Positions 1-9,558 are shown, numbered from the stretch's first letter. The stretch is 58,011 bases of DNA from Thermodesulfovibrionales bacterium (GCA_030682405.1 JAUXOF010000041.1:1-58011); one strand, 5' to 3'. Notes: generated by a model not told the origin, from the sequence alone. Numbers and translations are program-made.

Positions 1-126
1 GCGGTCGGGCTTTCGGAGAAATACCAGCTTAAGACGCCTTTTGACGAAAAGGCATGGAAGCGCAAGGCAGAGGAAATACTTGAGAGAGAGTACGGGATAA
101 AAAGAGACGGCGGGAATGGAAAATAA
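1..126 (+). CDS. 3' end of an unidentified CDS (partial, runs off the window edge)
   Basis: Frame 1 is open from base 1 to TAA at 124-126 (AVGLSEKYQLKTPFDEKAWKRKAEEILEREYGIKRDGGNGK*). The peptide is hydrophilic, so it is not a NuoM C-terminus. Confidence 0.5.
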   Translation, partial: AVGLSEKYQLKTPFDEKAWKRKAEEILEREYGIKRDGGNGK

Positions 127-246
127 AAAGCCGCGCCTCCATCATGCACAAGGGCCGGTGGGAGATGCCGACAGGCACGTATGGGCATATGCTTATTAAC
201 CAAATAGGACATTTCTACTTTGGCTTGACCGAACCCCTACATCCTA

Positions 247-275
247 TTGATTTGTGACGGCTGTCTCTGTATACT
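247..275 (+). promoter_or_regulatory. sigma70-type promoter for nuoN
   Basis: TTGATT (247-252), 17 bp spacer, TATACT (270-275); SD AAGGAGG at ~319-325 precedes ATG 331. Confidence 0.6.
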
Positions 276-330
276 ATAGGCGTTTCGGCTTAATCCATTG
301 ACATGGTTTTTCCTCAATAAGGAGGGATTT

Positions 331-1764
331 ATGGAGACTGCCTTAAAATTTCCTGTTCTGACCCCTGCAATGCCTGAAATAATCATGCTTATAGGGGCGC
401 TGGCAATCCTGATGCTTGACCTCATCGTGAGGAAAAAGGACTTTATCGCACTGGCAAGCCTCATCCTTGCAGGATTGGTGGCCTACAATGTGTTCGGCGC
501 GGCAGGCGAGACCTTCGGCGGCATGTTCGTGGCCGACGGCTATGCCATGTTTTTTAAGCTGATATTCCTCGTAAGCCTGATGCTTACAATCCTTATATCC
601 ATAAAATACATAGAGGTGGAGAGGGTGAACTACGGCGAGTATTACAGCCTCGCCCTCTTTTCGACTCTGGGCATGATGATTATGGCATCTGCCGGGGACC
701 TGATAGTCCTTTATCTGGGGCTTGAGCTAATGGCCCTTTCCACTTATGTGCTTGCCGGTTTCCTCAAGCACAGCCTGAGGTCCAACGAGGCCGCTGTGAA
801 GTACTTCCTTCTCGGGGCCTTCGCCTCCGCGTTCCTGCTCTTTGGCATATCCCTTACCTACGGCATTACCGGCACGACGGATATAAGGGCAGTGGCCGCT
901 TATATCTCGGAAAACGGGCTTTCCGAAAACCCGGTGCTCCTTCTGAGCGTGATACTTTTCAGCGTGGCCTTCAGCTTCAAGATAGCGGCAGCGCCGTTTC
1001 ATATGTGGGCGCCGGATGTGTATGAGGGCGCTCCGACATCCGTTACCGCCTTCATGTCCGTGGGCCCCAAGGCAGCGGGCTTTGCCGTCATCGGCAAGGT
1101 TTTCCTGATAGCGTTCGCTTCGGCAAAGTTAAGCTGGGTGCAGGTACTGATACCGGTTGCGATTCTTACGATGGCCACAGGCAACATACTGGCCCTTATG
1201 CAGACGAACATAAAGAGGATGCTCGCGTACTCGTCCATCGCACATGCCGGGTATGCGCTTCTGGGAATAATCGCGGGCGGGGCGGAGGGCATGGCGGGCG
1301 TGATGAGCTACCTTATGATTTACGCCTTCATGAACATAGGCGCCTTTGCGATAGTAATCCTCCTCAGAAGCGAGGGGTTTCAGGGCGAAAACATCTCGGA
1401 CTTAGAGGGGCTTTCCAAGACCCACCCGCTGTATGCGGCCCTCATGCTCATCTCCATGTTCTCCCTTACCGGAATCCCTCCGACCGCGGGGTTCATAGGG
1501 AAGTTCTACATCTTCGTCTCCGCGGTTAATGCCGGGTATACGTGGCTGGTTGTGGTTGCGGTGATATTCAGCGCGATATCCGCCTATTTCTACCTCAGGG
1601 TGGTCATGTACATGTACATGCGGGAGCCGAAGGAGGAGGTCAGGCTTACGACCTCGCCGGCTGTAAATCTGGCGCTTGCGATTTCAACCGCAGCAGTGCT
1701 TCTGATAGGCGTGCTGCCCTCAAGCGTCATAGACCTTGCAATGTACGCAGCCGCAGGTTTTTAA
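331..1764 (+). CDS. nuoN: NADH-quinone oxidoreductase subunit N
   Basis: Multi-TM protein with NuoN motifs (LYLGLELMALSTYVL, EAAVKYFLLGAFAS, FKIAAAPFHMWAPDVYEGAP, KRMLAYSSIAHAGY, GIPPTAGFIGKFY). Start moved to ATG 331 behind the SD. Confidence 0.95.
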   Translation: METALKFPVLTPAMPEIIMLIGALAILMLDLIVRKKDFIALASLILAGLVAYNVFGAAGETFGGMFVADGYAMFFKLIFLVSLMLTILISIKYIEVERVNYGEYYSLALFSTLGMMIMASAGDLIVLYLGLELMALSTYVLAGFLKHSLRSNEAAVKYFLLGAFASAFLLFGISLTYGITGTTDIRAVAAYISENGLSENPVLLLSVILFSVAFSFKIAAAPFHMWAPDVYEGAPTSVTAFMSVGPKAAGFAVIGKVFLIAFASAKLSWVQVLIPVAILTMATGNILALMQTNIKRMLAYSSIAHAGYALLGIIAGGAEGMAGVMSYLMIYAFMNIGAFAIVILLRSEGFQGENISDLEGLSKTHPLYAALMLISMFSLTGIPPTAGFIGKFYIFVSAVNAGYTWLVVVAVIFSAISAYFYLRVVMYMYMREPKEEVRLTTSPAVNLALAISTAAVLLIGVLPSSVIDLAMYAAAGF

Positions 1765-1790
1765 GGGTTCCGCTGTTTTAGAGGTTTGCG

Positions 1791-2057
1791 TCAAAAAAAA
1801 AGGCTGGTCAGTTCCGCGGTCTTCTCTTCCATCCCCTTTGCGATGTCTTCCTGCTCCGCACGCAGCTTATAAATCTCCTCGGCGATGCTGAATGAGGTGA
1901 GGATTAACGCCTTAAGCGGGGAGACGGTGGGGGCGGCGCTGAGGACCTCCTGAATCTTTTCGTCTATATACCGGGAAAGCTCCTTGATGTGCTCCTCGGA
2001 GGCATCGCCCTTAATGGTGTACTTCTGTCCTAATATGTAGACTTCCGTGTTGGTCAT
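1791..2057 (-). CDS. zapA: cell division protein ZapA
   Basis: EVYILGQKYTIKG...EEHIKELSRYIDEKI...KALILTSFSIAEE matches the ZapA pattern; lies downstream of a ZapB-like coiled coil. Confidence 0.9.
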   Translation of the reverse strand: MTNTEVYILGQKYTIKGDASEEHIKELSRYIDEKIQEVLSAAPTVSPLKALILTSFSIAEEIYKLRAEQEDIAKGMEEKTAELTSLFF

Positions 2058-2063
2058 CCGGTT

Positions 2064-2405
2064 TTAACCCGTCTGTATGGTGGTCTCAAGCTCGCTCAGG
2101 AGTTCCTCTATCTGGTCCTTTATCCCGGTTTTTTCGGATACGAGCTTCTCTATCTCCTCGTTTTTCCCTGCGAGGGCGTCTTCAAGCCTGCTTATCTTTT
2201 CCTGAAGCGCGGAGTTCTCCTCCTTCAGGGTTTTTACCTTTTCTATGGCTGCGGCTATTTTTTCATCAAGATTCCTGAGTCTTTCCAATGGCGTTGCCTC
2301 CTTTTTATTTTCAGCGGGCTGTGCGCCCGTATCCACGCGGGGCCGTGTCCCCTGAGCGTTACCGTCCGAAGATACGGAATCGAACAGTGATTTATGGGAT
2401 TTCAT
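2064..2405 (-). CDS. zapB: ZapB-like coiled-coil cell division protein
   Basis: C-terminal heptad coiled coil (LDEKIAAAIEKVKTLKEEN...IEELLSELE) directly upstream of zapA. Start ATG 2405 chosen; the longer ORF start overlaps slt. Confidence 0.65.
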   Translation of the reverse strand: MKSHKSLFDSVSSDGNAQGTRPRVDTGAQPAENKKEATPLERLRNLDEKIAAAIEKVKTLKEENSALQEKISRLEDALAGKNEEIEKLVSEKTGIKDQIEELLSELETTIQTG

Positions 2406-4428
2406 TCTTAATGATACCATAAGAGGCTGAGAGATTGAAGGGGTCCGCGGCCCCCGCCGGAGGGTCTGCGGGTTTACCGTCGTCAGCCCCGTCTGAAGGC
2501 GCCTCCCTATCCTCATCATTCCCTGCCCCTCTGCCGTTTTTATATCTGAAATATGTGGTCATTATGCGCTTGATGTACTCCTTTGTCTCGCGGTAGGGGA
2601 TGTCCTCCACGAATTCGTCGTATGAATCGTATCTGCCTTTTTCCAGCCACTCCGTAACCTTGTTCTCCCCTGCATTGTATGCCGCAAGCGCGGGAGGGCC
2701 GGAGCCGAAGTATTTCAACAGGCTGTTTAGGTAGTAAGAGCCGAGCCTTATGTTCGTTCCGGGCTCGTAGAGGTGCCCTGTTTTGAAATCGGCATTGAGG
2801 CCTCGGGCAAGGCGTTTTCCGGTCTGGGGCATTATCTGCATGATGCCGATTGCCCCGGCCCGTGAGACCGCATCCGGGCTGTAACGGCTCTCTTCCCTTA
2901 TGACCGAGAGGATGAGATAGGGGTCAACGGCAAACTCCCGTGAGGCATCCTTGACGGCAGGCCAGAAGGCAAGGGGGTAGAGTATCTCAAGCGGCCTTGA
3001 GTCTTGAGGAATGCCTGATATAAGGTATATCGCCCTGTTGTATTCGCCCATGTCCTTAAGCCTGAGGGCCGCGGCGATTAAATCCTCCTCTGAGGCAAGC
3101 TCCCGCGCGGCATATACCAGTTCCTTGACGGCATCTTCCCTCATGCCTGCCTCGGCAAGCGTGTCCGAACGCTTAAAAGGGTTTTTGCCGGAGGCCCGGC
3201 CGGGGATCCGGACGGCCTTTTTCGCCTGTGCGCCGATCAGTCGCTTTTCATTCGGGCCGCTTCTTTTTGCCGCAAGGAAGCCGTAATAGTCGTATTCCCC
3301 TTCAAGGCTGCTGTAAATATTTTCTGAGGGCTCTCCGGCCTTCTCCGCCGCCCTTGCCTTCCAGTAGATGTATTTTGTATTCCGGCCAGATAAGCAAAGC
3401 TCTGTAAAAACAGCAAGGGCTTTTTTGTAATCTCCGCCGAGGTAGTGCGTCCATCCCGTGAGCCAAAGCGCCTCTTCGGCATCAGAGGGGAAGTCCGCCC
3501 TTACACCGGCCAGCATCTTTAATGCCTCATCTGAGCCCCCTGCCCTTCTTTTGTCCGCTGCAAAAGATACGAGCAGCCTGCCTGCCCTGGCGTCGTTTGC
3601 CGCGATGAGCTTCTTAAGCGTATCGCTGAATGCCTCGCTGTCTCCTGCCCTGAAAAACGAAAGCGCGGCATAATAAAGGTCAGGGGCTTTCAGATAAGCC
3701 GCTGCCGCCTCCTTATATCTTTTCTGCCTGAAAAACGAATGGGCGAGCGTCTTTAGAATGTCAGCCCTGTGCCCTCCTCCGTCTTTTTTAAGCGCGGCCC
3801 TCAGGCCGGATTCCGCCTCATCGTAACTCATAGCCTTTATGAGGTTTGACGACCTCTCTATTATGTCCTGTGTGGAGATATCCGACTGCCGGAGTTCCTT
3901 GTAAGATTCCGCTGAGAACGCCCCTGCCCTGATATAAAGCTCCTTAAAAAGAGAGCCGGCCCTTTGCGCATCCCTGTCTTTCAGTTGCCCGGCAAGCAGA
4001 AACTTCATCTCTTCGTCGTCCGGATAGTCCCTGACGTAGGATTCAAGCAGGGGCAGGGCGGCCTTTTTGTCAGTCTCAAGCCTGATTTTTATGAGCATTG
4101 CCCTTGCCTGTCTCTTAATGGGAGTGCGGCTGTATTTTTCTATTAGCTCTGTAAGGCTTTCTGCCGATAGCTCCCTCCTCCGGGCCTCGTCCATGCCCTC
4201 TGCCTTAGCGTATGCAGTTGCCCTGTAATAAAGGGCGTAGTCGCCAAGCAGAGGGAGTTTTTCGTATGCATTTGTAAAGCAAGAGGCGGCGTTTTCGTAT
4301 TGGGCCGCATTTAAGAATATTACACCGGCCTTCAGGTAGTCTCCTCCGGACAGCCCTGAGACTGCGTCCGTCTCCTCTCCTGAGGCGATTACAGGCAGAA
4401 GCAGAAATAAAAGCAGGAGCTTTTTCAC
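2392..4428 (-). CDS. slt: soluble lytic murein transglycosylase (Slt70-like, TPR/helical N-terminus)
   Basis: Signal peptide, helical repeats, SLT motifs IREESRY, AIGIMQIMP, AAYNAG, IPYRETKEY. Confidence 0.88.
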   Translation of the reverse strand: MKKLLLLFLLLPVIASGEETDAVSGLSGGDYLKAGVIFLNAAQYENAASCFTNAYEKLPLLGDYALYYRATAYAKAEGMDEARRRELSAESLTELIEKYSRTPIKRQARAMLIKIRLETDKKAALPLLESYVRDYPDDEEMKFLLAGQLKDRDAQRAGSLFKELYIRAGAFSAESYKELRQSDISTQDIIERSSNLIKAMSYDEAESGLRAALKKDGGGHRADILKTLAHSFFRQKRYKEAAAAYLKAPDLYYAALSFFRAGDSEAFSDTLKKLIAANDARAGRLLVSFAADKRRAGGSDEALKMLAGVRADFPSDAEEALWLTGWTHYLGGDYKKALAVFTELCLSGRNTKYIYWKARAAEKAGEPSENIYSSLEGEYDYYGFLAAKRSGPNEKRLIGAQAKKAVRIPGRASGKNPFKRSDTLAEAGMREDAVKELVYAARELASEEDLIAAALRLKDMGEYNRAIYLISGIPQDSRPLEILYPLAFWPAVKDASREFAVDPYLILSVIREESRYSPDAVSRAGAIGIMQIMPQTGKRLARGLNADFKTGHLYEPGTNIRLGSYYLNSLLKYFGSGPPALAAYNAGENKVTEWLEKGRYDSYDEFVEDIPYRETKEYIKRIMTTYFRYKNGRGAGNDEDREAPSDGADDGKPADPPAGAADPFNLSASYGIIKNEIP

Positions 4429-5522
4429 GGCACACCGCCGAGCGGCAGGCCTGTTGACTCTGAGAGGGCTTTGTGCACGACCTTCCCCTTGTAAATATTC
4501 AGGGCGGTTCTCAGGGCGCCGTCCTCAGAAGCCGCCTTTTCAACGCCCATTAATGCGAGTTTCCTTATATATGGAATCGTGCTGTTTGTGAGGGCCATCG
4601 TGGATGTCCTCGGATAAGCGCCGGGCATGTTCGTTACCGCATAATGGATTACGCCTTCTTCCTCATAAACAGGGTTGTCATGGGTTGTCGGCCTTGAGGT
4701 CTCGATGCAGCCGCCCTGGTCTATGGAGACATCAACCACGACAGAGCCTTTTTTCATACCCGCCACCATCTCCCTCGTTACTATCACAGGCGCCTTTGCC
4801 CCGGGCAAAAGCACTGCCCCTATGACTATATCCGCACCGGCAACGCCTTTCTTTATATTATACCCGTTTGAAGGGAGGGTGGTAACCGCGCCCCTGAACA
4901 TTTCGTCTATATGCCGAAGCCTTTCTATCCCCCTGTTTAAGACCGTGACCCTCATGCCGAGGCCCAGCGCAACCCTTGCCGCATTCGTGCCCACGACCCC
5001 TGCGCCGATTATCAGTATATCGGCAGGAGGCACGCCCGCAACCCCGGAAGGCAGCACCCCGGAGCCTCCGTGCGGCCTTTGCAGGTAATAGGCTGCAACG
5101 AGAGGGCTCATCCTTCCGGCTATTTCGCTCATCGGAGTAAGAAGCGGAAGGCAGCCGTCTTTTTCGAGCGTTTCGTAGCCGAGAGCGTTTACGCCTTTTT
5201 CCATTAGAACGATTGTAAGCCCTGCATTAGGGGCAAGGTGGAGGTATGTAAAAAGCGTCTGCCCGCGCCTAAAGAGGCCGTATTCGGATTGGAGGGGTTC
5301 TTTTACCTTCACGATGAGGCCGGATTCCGAAAAGAGCCTTTCTTTATCCGTAATCTCCGCGCCTCTATTTTCGTATTCGCCGTCAGGAAACCCGCTTCCA
5401 TCTCCGGCGTTTTTCTCTATGAGAACCCTGTGCCCGTCTCCTCTAAGCTCGGCTGCGCCTTGGGGCGTTACGGCCACCCTGTATTCATGGGGTTTTATTT
5501 CCTTTGGCACACCGATTACCAT
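4425..5522 (-). CDS. ald: alanine dehydrogenase
   Basis: MVIGVPKEIKPHEYRVA, KVKEPL, FTYLHLA, MSEIAGR, GAGVVG, DVSIDQGGC, NMPGAYPRTST. Confidence 0.95.
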   Translation of the reverse strand: MVIGVPKEIKPHEYRVAVTPQGAAELRGDGHRVLIEKNAGDGSGFPDGEYENRGAEITDKERLFSESGLIVKVKEPLQSEYGLFRRGQTLFTYLHLAPNAGLTIVLMEKGVNALGYETLEKDGCLPLLTPMSEIAGRMSPLVAAYYLQRPHGGSGVLPSGVAGVPPADILIIGAGVVGTNAARVALGLGMRVTVLNRGIERLRHIDEMFRGAVTTLPSNGYNIKKGVAGADIVIGAVLLPGAKAPVIVTREMVAGMKKGSVVVDVSIDQGGCIETSRPTTHDNPVYEEEGVIHYAVTNMPGAYPRTSTMALTNSTIPYIRKLALMGVEKAASEDGALRTALNIYKGKVVHKALSESTGLPLGGVP

Positions 5523-5586
5523 AAATTATTTTAGCTCAAGCAGGGATATAAGGCAATAAAGGGGTTCATAGTGTGGTAGTGTCCGT

Positions 5587-5615
5587 TTGACAAATGTTCA
5601 TACGGGTAATAGAAT
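5587..5615 (+). promoter_or_regulatory. sigma70-type promoter, apparently leaderless
   Basis: TTGACA (5587-5592), 17 bp, TAGAAT (5610-5615), then 7 nt to GTG 5623 with no SD. Confidence 0.7.
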
Positions 5616-5622
5616 TAGTTCT

Positions 5623-6303
5623 GTGAAAAAAATACTCTTGGTGGACGACTTCAGGACAGTACTCGAGACGGAAAAAAATATCCTAAGCAGGGCGAACTTT
5701 AAGATATTCACGGCGACCTCCGGCAAGGAGGCCCTTGATATCCACAGGGACGAAAAGGTCGACCTCATAATAGCGGACCTCGATATGCCTGAAATGAGCG
5801 GGGATTTACTCTGCTCCACAATCAGGAAAAACGAGGGATTAAAAAAGGTCTCCATAATCATTGTATGCAACAACAGGGAGGCGGATCTCGAAAGATGTCA
5901 TAGGTGCGGGGCCAACTCCTACATAACAAAGCCTATAGACCGGCAGCGGTTTTTTGAAAAGGCAAGCCAGTTTCTCAATGTATCGGGAAGGAAAAATTAC
6001 AGGGTACTTGTAAAGGCCAAGATAGAGGGCAGGTTTCTGGATGCGCCATTTTTCTGCTCCTCGCGGGACATAAGCGCAACCGGCATGCTTGTGGAAACGG
6101 ACAAGTCCCTTGCCAAGGGCAATTTCATATCCTGCTCGTTTCATCTTCCGGACTCCGAGCACATACTCTCAAAGGGCGAGGTCATGAGGGTCGTCATGGG
6201 TCAGGACGGCAAAAACAGCTACGGCATCAGGTTCATCGACCTTGAGCCGCAATACAGCTCAGGCATAGAGGCATTCATCAACAAAGCGACGAAGAGGGCA
6301 TAA
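5623..6303 (+). CDS. response regulator receiver + PilZ domain protein
   Basis: REC (KKILLVDD, DLDMPEMSG, YITKP) followed by PilZ signatures RKNYRV and DISATGM. Start GTG 5623 is favoured by the promoter position. Confidence 0.85.
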   Translation: MKKILLVDDFRTVLETEKNILSRANFKIFTATSGKEALDIHRDEKVDLIIADLDMPEMSGDLLCSTIRKNEGLKKVSIIIVCNNREADLERCHRCGANSYITKPIDRQRFFEKASQFLNVSGRKNYRVLVKAKIEGRFLDAPFFCSSRDISATGMLVETDKSLAKGNFISCSFHLPDSEHILSKGEVMRVVMGQDGKNSYGIRFIDLEPQYSSGIEAFINKATKRA

Positions 6304-6330
6304 GAAAGGCCCTCGGCATTTGAAAGACGC

Positions 6331-7515
6331 TCAAGCTCCTCTAAGACGCTTCCCCTCAGCCTCGGACTTTTTCCGGTCCGTAATGTCCCTTACATACTCA
6401 ATCACATGCGATACCTTCAGGTCCCTGTCGAATATCGGATATGTGTAAATCTCCACCCACGCATCAACCCCTCCTTCACCAAGCACCTGCTTGTCCTTTG
6501 CGCACGGGTCGCCGGAGTTGAAGGTCTTCTCTACCACGCATCCGTCGCACACAATGCCCCTGCCATGCAGCACCTCATAGCATCTTCTGCCCACGAGTTC
6601 CTCGATTTTCTTCCACTTCAACTGCGCATAGGCCTCGTTCACCCTCACTATCCTGTAGTCGCTGTCAATTATGTTGAAGGGGTCGCGTATGCTGTCAAAT
6701 ATCATGCTGAAAAATCTCACCGAGGCCTGCATCGCCTCCTCGGCGGCCCTGCGCTCGGCGATTTCCCTTTCAAGCTCCTTGTTTGTCGCGATAAGCTCGG
6801 CCGTCCTTTCCTCCACCATTGAGGAAAGACGGCTACGGTGGGCCTTCAACTCCTCCTCGGCCCGCTTGCGCCCGGTTATGTCGCGGATTATTCCGGTGGC
6901 ATGCCACCTGCCCTTGATGCGTTTGGTGGCAAGGGAAAGCTCTACCGGGAACTCGGTCCCGTTCTTCCTTACCGCCATGAGTTCGAGGGTCTTTCCCACG
7001 GCAGGCCCCTTGCCTGTTTCCCTGAAACCCTTGAAGCCCGCCCCGTATGCCTCATAGTATTCATAAGGGACAATCAGGGAGTGCAGTTCCTTGCCGACTG
7101 CCTCTTCCTTTTTGTAGCCGAATACACTTTCTGCGGCAGGGTTCCAGAACGAGATATTGCCGTAGTGGTCTATCGTGATTATCGCATCCCTTGCCGTGTC
7201 CGTTATCGTCTGCAGGATCTCCATGCCCTCGGCAAGCGACTCCTCTGCCCGCTTCCGTTTGGAAATAACCATGGAGATGAACACGCCAAACATGAAAAAC
7301 CATAAGATGGAGGCAGACCTCAGGAACATCTCGTTTGCAGGCACATCTAAAATCAGAAGGTTTAAAAAAGACTCTTCGTAGAAAAAAAAGTAATCAAGGA
7401 CAGAGTCCATGACCCAGTTCAAAAGCCCGAAAATGATAGAACCGGCAATAACCTTCTGCTCCGTCTTCATAACCGCAACCAAGTTTCCCTGTCTTTTCCC
7501 CTTCCCGGAGGGCAT
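6331..7515 (-). CDS. membrane-anchored PAS-coiled coil-PAS sensor with no output domain (possibly truncated diguanylate cyclase)
   Basis: Two N-terminal TM helices, PAS/PAC (RKNGTEFPVELSL...IIRDITGRK), second PAS (IRDPFNIID...YVRDITDRK); ends 13 residues later with no kinase or GGDEF domain. Confidence 0.75.
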   Translation of the reverse strand: MPSGKGKRQGNLVAVMKTEQKVIAGSIIFGLLNWVMDSVLDYFFFYEESFLNLLILDVPANEMFLRSASILWFFMFGVFISMVISKRKRAEESLAEGMEILQTITDTARDAIITIDHYGNISFWNPAAESVFGYKKEEAVGKELHSLIVPYEYYEAYGAGFKGFRETGKGPAVGKTLELMAVRKNGTEFPVELSLATKRIKGRWHATGIIRDITGRKRAEEELKAHRSRLSSMVEERTAELIATNKELEREIAERRAAEEAMQASVRFFSMIFDSIRDPFNIIDSDYRIVRVNEAYAQLKWKKIEELVGRRCYEVLHGRGIVCDGCVVEKTFNSGDPCAKDKQVLGEGGVDAWVEIYTYPIFDRDLKVSHVIEYVRDITDRKKSEAEGKRLRGA

Positions 7516-7702
7516 AGGCCGGACTCCAAGTTTAATTATAACAAACTTTGCGGATTTCTATCGGAAATTTGGGGGCGATATTGAACTTCAACTGATGGCG
7601 AGGGCCGGAGTGACCAGAGATAAACCTAAGAGGCGTAAGGAAGTAACTGCGAGGAGTGGAGCAATGCATAGATAACGCTTGGTTTTTATATGATTATTGC
7701 TC

Positions 7703-7732
7703 TTGACAAGCGAACCTAAAGAGTGGTAATTT
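7703..7732 (+). promoter_or_regulatory. sigma70-type promoter for the AT-rich island genes
   Basis: TTGACA (7703-7708), 18 bp, TG-n-TAATTT extended -10 (7724-7732). Confidence 0.55.
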
Positions 7733-7795
7733 TAACCGTCATGGGGGCATCGAGCTTATGCGCGAAAAGGACAATTGCAAAAAGAGGCAACCCGC

Positions 7796-8530
7796 ATGAA
7801 ATTTGCACTCACTCACTCACTCACTCACTCACTTTTAGACCTTTACAAGAATTTTGCGATTAAAAACCCGAGGGCGTTTTCAAAGAAATTTGGAGATGCC
7901 TTTTTGTTTCGGAATATTACAATAATTGTTTTGTTATTTTCTGCTTGTCTAATCTCCTGCGATAGCAAAAAACTCACTCGAAACAAAGCCAAAAAAATGA
8001 TTAATGAATATAACCCTGGTTGGGTACACGGGATTTTAATAGGTGAAGTAACTGATACTGTGGATAGGAAGGATGTTGCTAAATTTGATTCACCTTGCTT
8101 TAATCTTAATGAAAGATATGAGCCGCTCGTTAAAGATGGATATTTGAATGTATCGCTTCTCAGCAAGAAGGGAAACAGAGGATGGTTCTCTTATGAAGTT
8201 ATAAGTTACGATATCACATGCAATGTTCAACCTATATCAAAACTGCAACCGTTTATAAAGAGTACCGAAGACCTTTCAAGCCTTAAGCAGAAAATAATCC
8301 GCATCATCATCGCAAGCGAAGAGCTAAAAGAGATTACTGGAATATTGCCTTTAAATTCTTCTATTGATGGAAGAACTATTAGTTCTGTGGAGTATACATA
8401 TACCATTAAGCCAACTCCTCCTGGAAGATATTTTTATACGCAAGATGAATTAGTTACCATCCAAAAAGGAACGATGCAATTTGTGTTATATGATAATGGT
8501 TGGAGGATAGGCAAAAAGGAAAATAGATGA
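7796..8530 (+). CDS. hypothetical lipoprotein (alternative start TTG 7904)
   Basis: AT-rich ORF with hydrophobic stretch and lipobox LISC. ATG 7796 has AGAGG upstream; TTG 7904 has GGAG 8 nt upstream and gives a canonical signal MFRNITIIVLLFSACLIS-C. Confidence 0.7.
   Translation: MKFALTHSLTHSLLDLYKNFAIKNPRAFSKKFGDAFLFRNITIIVLLFSACLISCDSKKLTRNKAKKMINEYNPGWVHGILIGEVTDTVDRKDVAKFDSPCFNLNERYEPLVKDGYLNVSLLSKKGNRGWFSYEVISYDITCNVQPISKLQPFIKSTEDLSSLKQKIIRIIIASEELKEITGILPLNSSIDGRTISSVEYTYTIKPTPPGRYFYTQDELVTIQKGTMQFVLYDNGWRIGKKENR
7806..7833. repeat. tetranucleotide simple sequence repeat (CACT)7
   Basis: Seven perfect CACT units counted directly; encodes LTHSLTHSL in the ATG 7796 frame. Confidence 0.95.
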
Positions 8531-8584
8531 GAGGATAAGTATATGAGTAATGGACAAGTTCCAAAATACAGGGAGGAATAATTT

Positions 8585-9328
8585 ATGAGACTATATTTTT
8601 TTATTGGCTTAATATCGTTAATATTTACTGGAATATCAATAGCTCAGGAACAGGAGAGCACAGTAGGAAAAATTCTTGAAAATGCCGTGGCTATAGATGA
8701 TGGTTATTTCGGAAGTGGCTATTATACTGAGGTCGAATCCATAGCATTTAAGAGTCTTGTTTCAATATTTGATATGGATATCTATAGTTATTTCGATGAC
8801 TTAGATATATACGAGACTCCTCTTCAGAAGAAAAAATTTGAAAAGACGCAGGAATACAGAGATAAAATGCTTGAACTAAAAAACTTAAAGCAAGAAATGT
8901 TAAAAAAATATTTTTATACTGCTGCTGCTTTCAGCGACAGCAGATGGAGCGAATATGATATTAAGCAAAAAGCTGTTAAACGGGAATTAGGTTCTGTCTA
9001 TAGCAGTAATAAATCGAAAATAATAGAAGAGGAATATTATTTGCCTTCACTACCTATAATAATAGTTAGGAAGTCTATGTGGGATAATCCTTTTGAAATT
9101 TATTACGAGCAATGGCTCCACTTACCTGCAAATGAAAGGCAGGGGAGTGAAATCGAGACAAGCAGTCTTCCTGCCTATCTGATATTTAAAATTACTGGTA
9201 CAAAAACTGTTGCCTACGGCCGCGAGATGAGAAAAGTTTTGGTAGCGAATACGGTAAGAGTAGTTATAGCAGATGCAGAAACTGGCAAGGTTTATTTTGA
9301 TAGGGTCTATCCTTCGGGGAAGAAATAG
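8585..9328 (+). CDS. hypothetical secreted protein
   Basis: SD GGAGG, signal peptide MRLYFFIGLISLIFTGISIA-QE, 247 aa AT-rich ORF; no family confidently recognised. Confidence 0.75.
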   Translation: MRLYFFIGLISLIFTGISIAQEQESTVGKILENAVAIDDGYFGSGYYTEVESIAFKSLVSIFDMDIYSYFDDLDIYETPLQKKKFEKTQEYRDKMLELKNLKQEMLKKYFYTAAAFSDSRWSEYDIKQKAVKRELGSVYSSNKSKIIEEEYYLPSLPIIIVRKSMWDNPFEIYYEQWLHLPANERQGSEIETSSLPAYLIFKITGTKTVAYGREMRKVLVANTVRVVIADAETGKVYFDRVYPSGKK

Positions 9329-9351
9329 CAATATAAGAATTAGGAGGCAAC

Positions 9352-9558
9352 ATGGAACATCAAGTAAAGGCAGTAGTAAACAAGTTTGAGCTTAGAAAAG
9401 GCGAAGCTATGAAATTAATAGTTAAAGCCCACGATAAAGTCTTAGGCACTATCACAATTGGGCAAGGCACTTTCAGGTGGACATCCAAGCATGGGAAAAA
9501 ATACAACAAGGTTTTTTCATGGAGTAAATTCGCAGAATTGATGGATAGACAGGATTAA
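9352..9558 (+). CDS. small hypothetical protein (68 aa, basic, beta-rich)
   Basis: SD AGGAGG; LGTITIGQGTFRW...SWSKFAELM resembles a widespread small accessory-protein family of unknown function. Confidence 0.7.
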   Translation: MEHQVKAVVNKFELRKGEAMKLIVKAHDKVLGTITIGQGTFRWTSKHGKKYNKVFSWSKFAELMDRQD

